From assembly GCA_000708835.1 (NCBI GenBank), contig DF236953.1:450147-514146 (forward strand): DNA of 64,000 nt, written 5' to 3'. The stretch is from Klebsormidium nitens. Lineage: Eukaryota; Plantae; Klebsormidiophyceae. Position numbers and translations under genes: made by a program. Within the stretch, counting starts at the first letter, position 1. Each line of letters starts with the position of its first letter. Shown here in pieces: positions 47,625-60,320 of this stretch. The notes beneath the pieces are model-generated. The model did not search any database. It was not told where the DNA came from and saw only the letters and a program-made list of their open reading frames with translations.

Positions 47625-49553
47625 ATGGCTGCTTGGCAGCAGCCTGTGAGGAGAAAGACAACAAGCGATGATGATGCACACCTGTGTAAGACTCTGACGA
47701 GCTCATGGAGGAAGGAGAGTTCGAAGGACGTGCTGGCAGGCAAGACACGATCCGAGGGTTTTTGAGCTTCTTTGTGGGCCTCGCCAGTTTCTGTCCCAGG
47801 ATGGTCTGCACAGAACCAGCATCGGGCTCGCTGCGAGATCCAGTGCTGTATTGGTACTTCCGGCGTTGTCAGCAGAGCGAAGGAGATAGTGAGGCTATAA
47901 GGAAATGGAGTCGTGTTTGAGTTCAAGCATAAGTTTGGACCTCGACTCTCTTTTGCAATCCGCATGAAGGACCTTCGGTTCGGTTCGGCTCGCTCTCCGA
48001 TTCGTCCACTAGGAGTCTGGCTCTCACCACAAATCGACCGTCTGTGTTTGGATACAAACATGCGTAACGGTGCTGATTCACGAAACATATAGATTGCTTC
48101 CAATGAGCTTTGCTTCGATACCTTGGCTGGGTATCACACATCGTTTAAATCCTCGAATCTTAGCCTTTTCTCTCAGCACCGACTCCTCATCACAATTAAG
48201 GGCGTATCGAACTGGGCCAGTGAGCATGTTGTGTTTCGTATCACTGCAATGCAATCATTTCCATCCTTTGCCATGCTACAGAGCTTATGCGAGAGTGCAA
48301 CGTAAGCCATTGGAAGAAGAAGCAGATCAACGGCGCACTCAAAGGCAAGTGCCCAGCTTCGACAATCCTTATCCTCTTCTGACAGAAACAATATGACAAG
48401 GCCCACAGTTGCGAGATTCTCTCTTCGAGCGGGCCTTGATCTGTCTGTTTCAAGAGAGCCCAGGTGCAATCACCCTGGGCAGATCTCCAAGCACAATGAA
48501 TTCATCCGATATGAGGAGGGGTCAGGACACTCCTTCGAGGGAAGAAACCTCCATGCAAAACGCGGCAACATAAGTTAGGACGTCCTTACGGAATGCTGGC
48601 CCATGACACAACCAAGGAACCTGGGCGTTCGTTCAGAACGTCGCCAAAGCTGAGCTCACGATAATCTGAGTACTTAAGGGGACACGACTTAGTATGCGGG
48701 GCCCACCATCGCTGTTCTTTGCCTTCCACTGCTCTGCTTACAGACCATGGGTCGCTTCCGGAGAATCTCAAACCGTTGAGCAGCTGTCGAACCTCGAAAC
48801 CAGCGGCTTGGAAGCCGTCGTCAAAAAAGGAGCTGCCATTGACGGGTCCTGGGAAGTCGTTTAGTGGGAAGAAAATGCAGGAAAACATTCTGAAGGACAA
48901 CCCGCCTCAGAGAGAACGGTTTAGGTAAATTGATCAAAAGCCCATCTTCTCTGCTGTGTCTGGAGAAGTCAAACTCTGGAAGCAGAATGTAATATTCTTT
49001 GCAAGAGACCTGCGTCAGTCAGTTTCTCTTTTCCTTAAACCTAAAAACAGCGTGCATGCAGGGTTTTAAATCCAAGCATAAGCTATCTGAACGATTGCAG
49101 GCGACATCGTTTGATTCTGCGGATTGGCAGATTTCAAATGGGCTTGCTCTCTTCTGAGTCTGCTCTCGGGGGATTGCCACGTGACGAAACTGACCTGACG
49201 ATTGCAGGGGAGCTGCTCCAGGGAGGGACTTGAACGTGGAGAAAGAGCGTCTTGCCCTGATTATGCAGTTCAAAGGCAAGACGCCCGAGGAGATTGCAGA
49301 GGGCATGAAAGCAGAGCAGTTTAGTTCAGCAGCCACCAAGAAAAAGGTACGCGAAACTGTTCGAGAGGAAAAGCTTGAGACTCGGGAACAGGTTGTGGAC
49401 AGACTCTTAGCCGAAGTGGAGGAGCGGCAAGATTTTCTGCGTGAGATGCGGGACTTGGGTCGTGGCAAAGAGTATGAAGCAAAAATGCTCGGGGAGATCC
49501 AGATTAAGATGCAGCAGATTGATGATATCCAGAGGACACGATCAGGAAGCTAG
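47625..49553 (+). CDS. UPF0193/EVG1 (C22orf23)-like protein; 5' end uncertain
   Basis: The last exon reads EKERLALIMQF...DRLLAEVEERQDFLREMRDLGRGKEYEAKMLGEIQIKMQQIDDI. An upstream exon, ELMRECNVSHWKKKQINGALK (about 48280-48345), ends in a GC donor. Both resemble UPF0193 as recalled. Confidence 0.6.
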
Positions 49554-50628
49554 AGTCCGTTAGGGTCACGACTTTTGAAGAAGTCGTATGCAGCGGCCCC
49601 GTTAAGATTTTTGAATAGCCGGTAGCTGCTTCGCTTTACATGCATGTTTGTCACTGTATTGCATAAGAGAAGATGGTTGAAACCTGTCCCGTAAATGAAC
49701 AATGCAAGTTTCAACCCGGTACGAGAAAGGTCATTCCCATTTGTTTCGATTAACAGGAATGAGGTCAGATGCTTATACTGAGCTTTAAACGTACAACTTG
49801 AAACTGGAAGGATGCGGGACTTAGGTCGCACATGGTGAAACAGTTTTGACAACGTGTGTATGATAGAGGCGCGCTTCGAATCTTCAACGGTCTCAGTGGG
49901 TTGTCAACCAAACACATACCGTACCGTCACGGATCTGGCTGCTAATACCCACGTGGCAATATTCATTCGATCGCGCGCTGCGTGGAGATTGATTCGATGA
50001 AACTTTTTTACATGACGTTCAACCCTGTGAATCTGGAAGAACATCATTCTGCATAATATCCTGCAGCATGTAACGAGAGGTGACATGCTCACAATCTTCA
50101 TGAACAGACATGATCCTTCATTTTCAAGTGTCCGGCTGCAATGCCTCTCAACACTTATTGCCGCCCCCAGCTCGGCCTCAGCCCCTAGCTGTGCATATGA
50201 GACAATATGTAGCACACAATCGGAGCATTCCAACCGTGCTTCCGGTTCCATACTCAGCCTGCGCTGCTGCCAGCAATTTCCGCTTGACATTCGAAACAGC
50301 AGGCTGCAATCTATGGTGATGATACCCAACGTTGACAGAATGATTGATTGATAGGAAAGACAATCTGCTGACAGAATGACCAACATGGTTGATGCCCCAC
50401 AGATTTACTTGGCTTTTTGAACACCTCTACTCTAGTGTTTTTGCAGCAGCCAGATCAGACACAGGTTGACCCTGGCGACAGGGGCCAACGGATGTACGCG
50501 CACCACCTCAAAGCGGGTTGGTACCGTCCAAACCCCAGAGCTCTTGGAAGCAAAGAGCGTAGTGCCGACTTGCAGACTTTCCCGAAAGGACCATTGCTTT
50601 TTGACACCTAACCACGATCCAGTACAAT

Positions 50629-52270
50629 CTAGTTTTGATGTCCACCAGGACCCCGTTGGTATGGCAGGTACTCCCGAGTGCTTGGCTGCTTTGTTGTGTT
50701 ACCAGTTGTGTCTACTAGCCCCGACAGGAATGCAAATGCGGCACAAGCGCCCACGCCAGTCTGGAGATTGCCAGCTGCATGAAGCGAGCATTTGAATGTC
50801 AGCGTAATATCCAGTGAACCCATTATGCATGCAAGCCAACGCCAATTTGACCACGAACAGAAGAAGATTTGACAAGCTTGAACTCGTACGTAACTTCAGC
50901 TGCTCTTGCGATTTCCGGATGAAAGAGGTGGTCCCGAAGTGGATGTTCTTGAAGAGAGTGCTCTCGCGCGCTCACCTCACCGTATACATTGTCTGAACCC
51001 AAAGTTTCTACAAATTAGTCAATCAAGTGCACAAGGAACAAACCTCAGAATACGCCAGAAACGATCAAAGCCTACGTATGTAAGAACTAGAACTTGAGGC
51101 CCCGCTTTGATAGTCAGTGTTACGTTCTCCATCCACTGAACTGGAAAGAGATTGACCTTCTGATTCTTTTGGAAGGAAGCTGACAGGATAAGTGGGTCTG
51201 CACTTGAAGGAAGAAGATTCACAGGCATTTGCAAACGGATTGAAAGAATGTAAAACGGCGCATTGACAGTGTATCTGTCAGCCATCATACCCTTGCCGAT
51301 GCCAACGACCGTCCACTTGGAGATATTTTGCAAAACCTGCTCTAGTGTGGCTGGCCATCTCAATCAGTACGTTCGTTGATCCCAGGGGTCTTCAAGCACA
51401 AGCAGATTGCTCTTAAAAGCAGATTGCTCAGCTGTGCTTCTAAGGAAGTGATATTAAAAGGGCTGAAAGGGCGGGTTGGTTCAGCAATGAGCTCAATAAC
51501 CGCCTGGAAATCAACTCAGTCTCTCAATAATGACCCAACAAGGAAAGTTTACGTTCTGTTTGTGCAGATTTGTCGGGCTCCAGGAGAGTTGCTCATCTAT
51601 GAGATGGTAAATCAAGGGTGGTAGCGGCTTCAAGCGATGACCTCAAAAGCGCACACCATGCCACAAGAATGTACTCAAACCAATAAAGCAATAGAGAAGC
51701 AAAATGTGATCAGGTGCATGTTCTTCGAGGCTGCTAACAGAATTCAAGGAATCTCTCTGAACAGTTTACAAGCGGCGACAGCTGACATACTTTTCCAGAA
51801 ACAGAGCAAGACAGGGTGCAGCATCTGAGAGCCGGTGGCGGCTTAGTGGGAGTAAAACCATTACTCATCAATCCAATGAAGTGCAGAAGCAGGCAAATGC
51901 GGCAAATGCGGTCCAATATACCAATTCAATTTCACTCACTTCTGAGACCAAGAGCAGCCCCTGCCGCACAGCCCCCCGCCACCCCATTCCACAGGTCCTT
52001 CTTGTTCCGCATAACCTCCATTGCACTTTCTGTCGCTGCATACGTGCCACCGACCACCGCATATGTCAACCCATAGGATCCCATCACCTTCAAGGTGTTT
52101 TGCAAAGCCGGCAGCGGCTTGTTCCTTTGAACCGCAGGAATGTCCCGCCATGAAGCCACAATGGAACCCAGGATCAAACCCGCCGCTCCCCCCGCCACTG
52201 TTGCGCTGGCGGTCTTGAACGTGAAAGTGTCGTAGTCCCCCAGATCGCGGGCTGTGTCAGCTGCGTCCAT
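50629..52270 (-). CDS. OEP16-3: Tim17/22/23-family OEP16-3 / complex I B14.7 (NDUFA11-like), two exons
   Basis: Exon 52270-51940 (GSIVASWRDIPAVQRNKPLP...KKDLWNGVAGGCAAGAALGLR) splices to 50774-50629 (TGNLQTGVGACAAFAFLSGLVDTTG...REYLPY). This matches Arabidopsis OEP16-3 throughout. Confidence 0.85.
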
Positions 52271-53139
52271 TGTGATAACCTCAAGGAGTAATCGATGGGT
52301 CACAGCTATTAAAAGAAGCGCCTTTCAAATCTAATGTATTGAATGCACTGTAGTATTGTAGGTGTGGACGGAAGGATCTTGCAGTCAAGGGCCTTCCTGC
52401 CTGCACGGCCTCGTGCCCATCAAGTGCACGAGAAGGATCCTGCACTTCTGAAGGAGGGAATCGTTCACAGCTTCTGGCAAATCGGACAACTGTATCCTTC
52501 TCTTTGACAATGCAAATTCTTGCTCCTTTTTGAAACGTAAACGTCTCTCACAGATGCTGTTCTGATGAACGTCTCTCAGGCGCTGCTTTCGAAGAGCTGC
52601 ACTTCGTTTCAGCCTTTGTGAAGTTTGTCGCCATGTCGTCTGTGGCCTTCCCCCGGGGAAGACGTACAACTGGGGAGGAGGCAAACCTGAAATAGAAAAA
52701 GTATTCCGGTTCCACAGGATCTCATCCTCTATTGGTCCATCTGGTGTACTAGTTCTGAAACATGCACCTGTAGAGGGAGAAGGTGCCCAAGTTCCAAGCT
52801 CATGAAGCATAGGCCTATGTATGTTCGGTGCTTCCAAGTTCCAATGCCATCAACATCAGAGAGTTGAAAGGGGCCAGGGCGTCGTTGCTTCTAAATCTTT
52901 CTCCGACAGGCACGAGGTTCCGAAAGCTGAACGGAATGAATTTATTGCAAAAGTAATAGGAAGCAAGACGTGCATAAGGCGCCGAGGGGCGGGGCAGGCT
53001 CGCAGATAGAGTGGGGGTGCTGCAGATTGAGCTTTGCTCTCAACCAACTCTGTTAAGTGCCCTATCACCAGCTTTTGTCTGCTTAAACACCACTAATTAG
53101 AAGCCTGGTCACTCGCGGTGTCTCCCTCTGTGCCCCAGA

Positions 53140-56100
53140 ATGAGCGCCGCGCTGAGGTGCACCACCGGGCACGCTGCCCTGGGTGCAACATCCCATTGTA
53201 ATTTTTCCAGTGGACCTTCAAGTTTACAACACCCACAAGTTGTGCAAGGGTGTCAGCCCTCTGCATATGCGCATGCAAGTGCGTCACAGCGGCTTTTGGG
53301 GACAGCATCAAGGCAAGAAGCACTTCAACGACGGCCCGAGTGCCTCGGGTCTGCATTCGTGCCAGACAGCTCGTTGCTGAGCACCGGCGTGGACATACTG
53401 ACGTTTCTGGACAATGCCGCTAGTAGCAAGAAGCAGCATTGTTCAGGAACTAGAGCGGCTGCCGATGGGGCCGGTGGCGCGCGGCGCACGAGGACTTCCA
53501 GCAACAGGGCGTCCTCTCGTCAGACAGTTGCCGGGACTAGGAAGGCATCTCGCGGGGCGGAGCCTGAGTCAGCACCTGGGAATGCCACTCTACTCCTGAG
53601 TGCAGGGATACTCGCAGGCGGCATCATTTACCTCTTGCAGTCCGGAAGGCTAGGAATCTCCATCCCCAAGTTTGAGTTCAAGAAGCCCGGGTTTCTTGAG
53701 GGGATGGAGTTGCCAGAGGCCTCGCCGGAACAGAAAGCAAAGCAGGCAAGGGGGGAGGCGAGCAAGAGGTGAGGCCTGGAGCGATGCTGATGTCAGCAGG
53801 CGCTTCCTCCCTGCTTCTTGAATTTTTTGAAACCTGGGTGTCTGCTTGATCCTGGTAAAGGTCTCTCCCTCGGCTCAATTGGTTTGAGAGATTTTTCAGA
53901 AAGCAGAACAAACGCAATTGAAAGAATCAAAATATATAATTGGAATGAGTGGACAGCTCGAATAATGTAGACAGCACGGATGCTTCTCAGAAGAGTGGAC
54001 TTTATCGACGCTTAGCCTGCATAAGAATGCGGAGTCTGCCAAAGATTTCCACTCCTTGGTGATGGCGCGTCACAACCAGCAACATGAAACGCTATCTTTT
54101 TGCTTGACTTCTTTGGCTGAGGACCTACGGACTGCGTGCATTGTTCTGGAAGCTGGAAGGAGGTTGTTGTTTGAGAAATGTCAGTGCGAGCTGTTATCTT
54201 CAATTGCCCCTTTCCCCACTCAGTTGCAACCATTATTGGTGCTCAATGTGAATGAAGAGGTCTGTCGTGCAGAGCTAGCCCGGTTGTACGATGTGCGATT
54301 GCACGTATTCTGTGTGACGCCAATAATGCGGCTCCCCAGCCTGAGAAATAAGAATCAGGCGGAACAAACAGGAAGCGCGAACAGACCTAGTGAAAAAGCA
54401 AGCAGAAGGGTTTTGGGAGGTGCAGTGAACTCACGCCTGGTTTCTCCTGACCCAATGGATAACCAACATCAGCTGAGTTGTCTTGAAAGGCCTGGCAGGC
54501 AACTTTTGAAGGTCGCATCCTGCACGTTTGCAAAAGGGCAATTCGGTGGACGTCTGTTAAGCCTGCTGGTTTCTCTTGACCGTGCAAACCACCACCCTCG
54601 TTTCATTAAACTTTTGGGCACCAATAAATAGGACAACCGGTTGTTCAGTGCCCCTCTGAATGAACCTTGCCCAGCGATGCTGAATTAAGCAAGCATTTCC
54701 AGTGAAGCCCCATGGAATGAGCTGCTTGACCTAGAATAGCTTTTGCATCGAGTACCGCTCTCTTTCACGGGTGACTCCAGTTTAAACAATCCAGAATCAC
54801 CTACTGTTGGCCCAAATCCGTGGTCTTTATTTCATCAATCCAAGTTTTTATCAAATATAGTTCCCTTTGAGTATCCTACTGCCACAAGCCATATTCCGAG
54901 TGAAATGTAGCTCAAACGCTTTATAATAACCATCTTTTGCAGACTGAATCTGATGATGGGTGAGATGCGAGCGGTCAAAACGGTGGATTTCAGCGGGCGC
55001 AACTTGGGGGACGAGGGCATCACCTCCCTGTCGACCGGGATTGCATTCAACGCAACCGCAAAGGAGTTCAACCTTTCGTCCAACCAGATCACGGCAGAGG
55101 GCATGGTGCCCCTTTGTGACGCGCTGAACAACAACAACACGATTGAGAAGCTCAACTTGGAGGGGAACGGCTTTGGGGACGAGGGGGCGAAGATCTTGGG
55201 AAAGATCTTGGAGGTAGATTGCTCCTTTTCGCCTCTTTTTGTTTCCTTCCTTTGCTTTGTTATTTTCTTCTACCTTTTTTGAAAGCTGGTCTGTCTGTCC
55301 CGGTTGCCAGTTGTAAGCTCCTTCGGCTTGAACCAAGGCGCAATTTCGCGGACTTCCTGTCGGTGTGACCTAAAACCCGGGGTTGTTGACTAAGACAATC
55401 GAAGCCCCCATGTGCTGCCTTATCCATGCGCTCAGGCCGTTGAGAGGCTTCCCATGGTGCGACCGGCTCTTTTGTCCGTTTCATTGGGGCTTGGGCTTGA
55501 AAGCTTGGAGTCTTTTCAGACTCTCCGGTTGGTGGTCCCACAACGTAATCGAATTCTGCCTTGACCGGATGTCCAGATTGCTTCTGAAGGACTGATGAAA
55601 ACCTTTCGCAGCGATTGCTGAAGGCCCCGTTAATGATACTCAATCTGAACGGCTGCGCCGCGATGCAACGCCTCTTTCATACCACTTCGTCCGAGCGCTT
55701 CCCCAATGCTCGTGTGGCGGTCCTTCTTAGGGTCCATTCCGGTCCGCCGAAGGATTGTAGCTCCTCACTCACGTACTCTATCTTAACGCACCTGCAGCAA
55801 AACGCGTCGATCAAGACGCTCACGCTCAACAGCTGTACAATTGCGGACGACGGGTGCAAAGCGATCGCCGAGGTGCTGAAACGGAACACGACCATCACGG
55901 AGCTGGAGCTGAACAACAACATGATCGACTACGAGGGCTGCGCGGCGCTCGCGGAGGCGGTGGCGGCCAACACGGCGTTGCGGGTGAGGGCGTCTTTGAG
56001 CTCTTGACTAGATGCAGAGTACTGGTGGCGATTTCTTGTTCTTGCGCACGAGTCGAGTAACTCTTTTAACTCTTGAACTTCGCGCTGTTCAGCAGATGTT

Positions 56101-59100
56101 TTCTTGATTATCTGGGCCCCGGCTAAATCTACTTGCGTCAAATTGGGGCAAAGGATCTCATTTTTCTTTACTCCGATAGATGCAGCCGGTGGTAGACTTA
56201 TTTGGGCCTAAATTACCTCGTCTCTTGGCAGTGTTCTCTTGTGCTGTGCTCCTGCAGAGATTCTTCGGGAAGACAATGGTATCCCAGCATATCAGTGGGG
56301 AGCCTTATAGTGAAGCTTGTTGCTGCTCAGCATAGCAGCGAAAACATGGTCAAAACGCACGAGCGTTCTTCACACTCAGTCTACGACCGTCGGACGCGAC
56401 CTTCCTTTCCCTTCTTGAAAATCATATCGACGGGTTGCCCACGTCTTCGATCTCATCTATGTATTTATTTATCTATTCATTCATCTATTAACTTGCTTAT
56501 ATCTGGTCTTGCAGAAGCTGCGGTTGAACGGCAACTACGGCGGCGTGCTGGGCGGGTCCGCGCTGGCCAAGGGCGTGGGCCTGAACACGTCGCTGCGGGA
56601 GCTGCACTTGCACGGGAACGGGATCGGGGACGAGGGGATGCGCATCCTGGGGGAGGAGCTGCTGCGGCGAGAAAAGGACAACAAAAAGTGCCGAGTGAGT
56701 GGGGCGCAAAGCCTGTATTGACTGCTGGGTTGGTAAAAGTTGAAGAGTGAGAAGCTATTACGAATGCTGCTTCGTGGGGAAACGGACACGAAAAAGTGCC
56801 GAACGAGCCGCTGGGATGGAGAGGATACGGTTAGGTCCTTGTGTCCAGACATAATGAAACGGAGACTTCCTCGGTTTTGTGGCTGAGCTGCTTGGGTTGG
56901 GAAAGGATAGAAGAAATTATGGATAGAGTCCGTCTGTTCTTGGAAAAATTGGGCATTGGGCGAGAAGAAGAGCTACTCGAAGCTGACCAATTGCGTCGCA
57001 ACACGCACCGTTCTTGCTCCGCCTTACGGCTGTTTTGAAGAAGCACCACTGGACTTCCCAGCCCCTACACTACTGCCCCACCCCTCCTACCTCTAAACAT
57101 CCCTCTAAACTCGCAGATGACAACACTGGACCTCGGCAACAACAACCTGAGCGCGAAGGGCGCTTTGTGTCGACGAAACATCCATTGAAGTTCCGAGTCC
57201 AGAAATTCCGCCCCCCAAATTGAATTGTTGCTGCTTCCCACCCGCTCACCTGCAGATGAATCTGCTGAACTTACGCAACACTACTTCCACTGGACTCCCC
57301 AGCGCCTGAACGTGCTTGACGCCCTCCTTCTCCGCCGCCGTAAAATTGCCCCCCCAAAACTCGCAGATGACGACGCTGGACTTGGGCAACAACAACCTGA
57401 GCGCCAAGGGCGCGCGCGAGGTTGCGGCGTACCTGAAGCGCGCCAAGGGCCTGCAATGGCTCAACCTGTACATGAACGACTTAGGGGACGCGGGCGCGCA
57501 GAGCCTGGGGGAAGCGCTGGCGGGGACCAAGACGCTGGCGACGCTCGACATCGGGGGGAACAACATTCAGGCGGACGGGATTGCGGCGATCGCGGCGGCG
57601 ATCAAGGAGAACAAGTGAGCGGCCGTCAGAATTCTGTACGCTTGGGAGCTCGAGAGCTGAATCCCGAGTTGAAAGTTCAGTTTTCCGGTTTGTCAACAGT
57701 CAGTCGTGGGGCTTTTAGCATGACAAAGAGCAAAACTTTGGTTGTGCTGGTTGCATTGAAAGAACGTCTACGCGAAGAGAATGCGCCACTTTGAAGGAAG
57801 CTGAAGGAAAACAAGGGGCTTGGAGTGCGAGTTTCGCTTTCCTCTCAAAGAGGTCTTTAAGTCTTCAGTTTGGGATCTGAGACTGACAGCTCATATGAGA
57901 GCAAGACGCTGGTTACGCTCGACGTTGAGGAAACCAATTGTCCATGCGAAAGTAATTTTGGGAATTGCGTAGGGAATATCGTAAAAGTGAGCTGGAATTC
58001 CTGGGTATCCAGCGCTTCGTTTGTCGAGTATCAGCATAGAAAGAAGCTGGGATGCGAAGACACATTTCTGATGCAGACAAGATCATGCAAGTCGCGGAGG
58101 GGAGCAAAATAAGGCATGATCAATCGAGTCGGCATCATGACTCTATTGCTGCAGAAAGCTACGGACCTTTCTCAAAGCACGTGGAGATTGGAGTGGTTTC
58201 GAAAAAGCGAGATTCTTGGCTACTCTCGACAACGGGCGAAAGCAGTCAAAGCAGCATCGATGCTGACGGTCGCACAACCGGATATCACAAGCGGTCAGAT
58301 CCGCTGCGGATTGTATGAGTTCCACTTTTATCCATTCAAAAGCCTGCGCTCCTGTCTCCATCAACAAAGGAATCCGGAAAACATCTGATAAACAATTGTT
58401 CTCAATTTCTATCCGGAGTCCACTGACGTTTGGAATCTGCAGGTCAATCACGACACTGGAACTGGGGTACAATCCGATGGGCCCGGACGGCGCCAAGGAA
58501 CTAGCGGACGTGATCAAGTTCTTCGGAAATGTGGAAACGCTGCGGCTAGGCTGGTGTAAACTGGGGGTCAAGGGTGAGCAGCCGCCTCGCAGACGCGTCT
58601 CTTGTGCTTCGACTGGCGCTATACAGCCCAGGACACGTCAGCAGCTGCATGGCGTTATTAAAGAGGGTTGCGGAAATCATCTGTGTCCTTCAGAACCTGG
58701 TTGTCCTGTCACGGGGCTTGCTGGATGAATGGCCGTGGTTAACGTTAAAAAGTATGCTGTTCGCGTTAGATCTGGCGCCCGATCTCGGTTCGACATGCAC
58801 GTTCCTGGATCTTGAGTCGCAATGTTGGTTCTTGACAATCCCTGGCTTAACTCCGAAAGGACTCTGCATATCCATTCGGGTCGCATACTACCGGGGATTT
58901 TGGTCGGCCGGAGGAGAGGTAACCTATTCAGGGGGCATGTCTGTCAGCAATTGGGGAACGGACGTCCCGACTCGAGACCCAGAACCCCCCGTTTTGGTGC
59001 GAGCTCGGGTGCCAAGTTTGATGCAAACAGCAGTATGAGGTGCAGTGGCACTCGATGAATGGAGGCGTCCAGTAGAGGTTTTGATGGTCTTGGCGATGTG

Positions 59101-60320
59101 GTCGACGCCCATTCTTTTCCTTGAGAAGTTCAAATTGCATCGTCCTTCTTGCCCCTTGAAGGAGTCTTTTTGTTGGCCGCTTCAAACGGTGCCCGATGCC
59201 GTCGCCCTTCTTCTGCGAGGATCCCATCTGCATCTTCCCTTGAAATTTCAAAGACGCACTCTGCAAAGTGCTTAGATAGGGATGGCTTGTCTGACCTTCT
59301 AGTGGAGTTTCCCCGCACAAATTCTGCTCATATAACCTCGATCAACCCTCCCAATTGCGTAGGAGCGGAACACTTTGCGGATGCGCTGAAGTACAATGCA
59401 ACGATATCCACTTTGGACTTGCGAGCCAACGCCATTGGAGACGAAGGCGCGGCAGTCCTCGCGCAAAGCCTGCGGGTGGTCAACGAGAAGTTGGAGGTGC
59501 TTGACCTGGGGTTCAACGAAATTAGGTTAGTCCGCTAACCTGGGCTGCTAACCGTTGGGTCCCAAGTGTCCTTAAAACCAAGCTATAAATCGTCTGAGCT
59601 TCTCCGGTTCGCTGAGAAAACGAGCTGCGGGCTCTGGATGGTTATGGAGAAGCTGGAAATGGTCAACATGGGACTGAAAAGAAAGTGGGTCTGTCCGCTA
59701 ACCCGTATTGCTCACCTTTGGTTAGCTTCATGTCGGGTTTGGCGGAAATGACTTTCTAAGCTTAGAGAGTTGCAGTTGCTCAAAGGTGACTTGACGAAAT
59801 CAGATTCGGCCTCTTCCTCGGAGCTGTGCGTTTGCAATCTGATGCTGGATTGATCGCTAGGCCGCTAGAATTGGCCTTTTCCCTCTCTTTGAGGGTTCGT
59901 GACTTTGGTTGGACACTGAAAGCTCGTCACTTCTCAACAAGCGATAGTGTCTTCCACAAGCTGTTTGGCAGCATCTGTTTTAAAGAGGTACGAAGTCCAA
60001 GGCCTCACTGATTTATGTCGGGCAACGATGCTTCTGATCGGTCGGACGATGTCTGAGCCGGGCAGAGCGGATTGGGATAGGTGAAAGCGAAGATTGCTAT
60101 GCAGCCTCAGATGCTGCGTCCTAACCACCAACTTCTGTTGCGCAGGGATAAAGGCGCTTACTCTTTGGCAGAAGCGTTAAAAGCGAACGGTCAGGCGGCA
60201 GTACAAATGTTAAATCTTACAGGCAACTATCTTACAAAGTACGGACAAGTTGCTTTGAGTGAAGCCAAGGATATAGTGAGCGAGATGAACGGTGGGAAAG
60301 AAGTAAACATTGCCTGGTAA
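53140..60320 (+). CDS. EMB2004: Plastid-targeted RNI-like leucine-rich-repeat protein (At1g10510/EMB2004-like), about 8 exons
   Basis: Transit-peptide-like N-terminus and a hydrophobic segment (53140-53760). LRR exons start at 54943 (VDFSGRNLGDEG), about 55798 (ELNNNMIDYEG), about 56514 (LNGNYGG...LRELHLHGNGIGDEG), 57367, about 58443, about 59363 and about 60146 (LNLTGNYLTKYGQVALSEAKD). Confidence 0.85.

Noticed and set aside
49550-50400. ORFs 49904-50386 and 50085-50351
   Set aside because: No recognisable domain or consistent exon chain.
52385-52837. 150-aa ORF between the divergent OEP16-3 and EMB2004 genes
   Set aside because: Only a faint F-box-like LSDLPE motif; more likely chance within a bidirectional promoter region.
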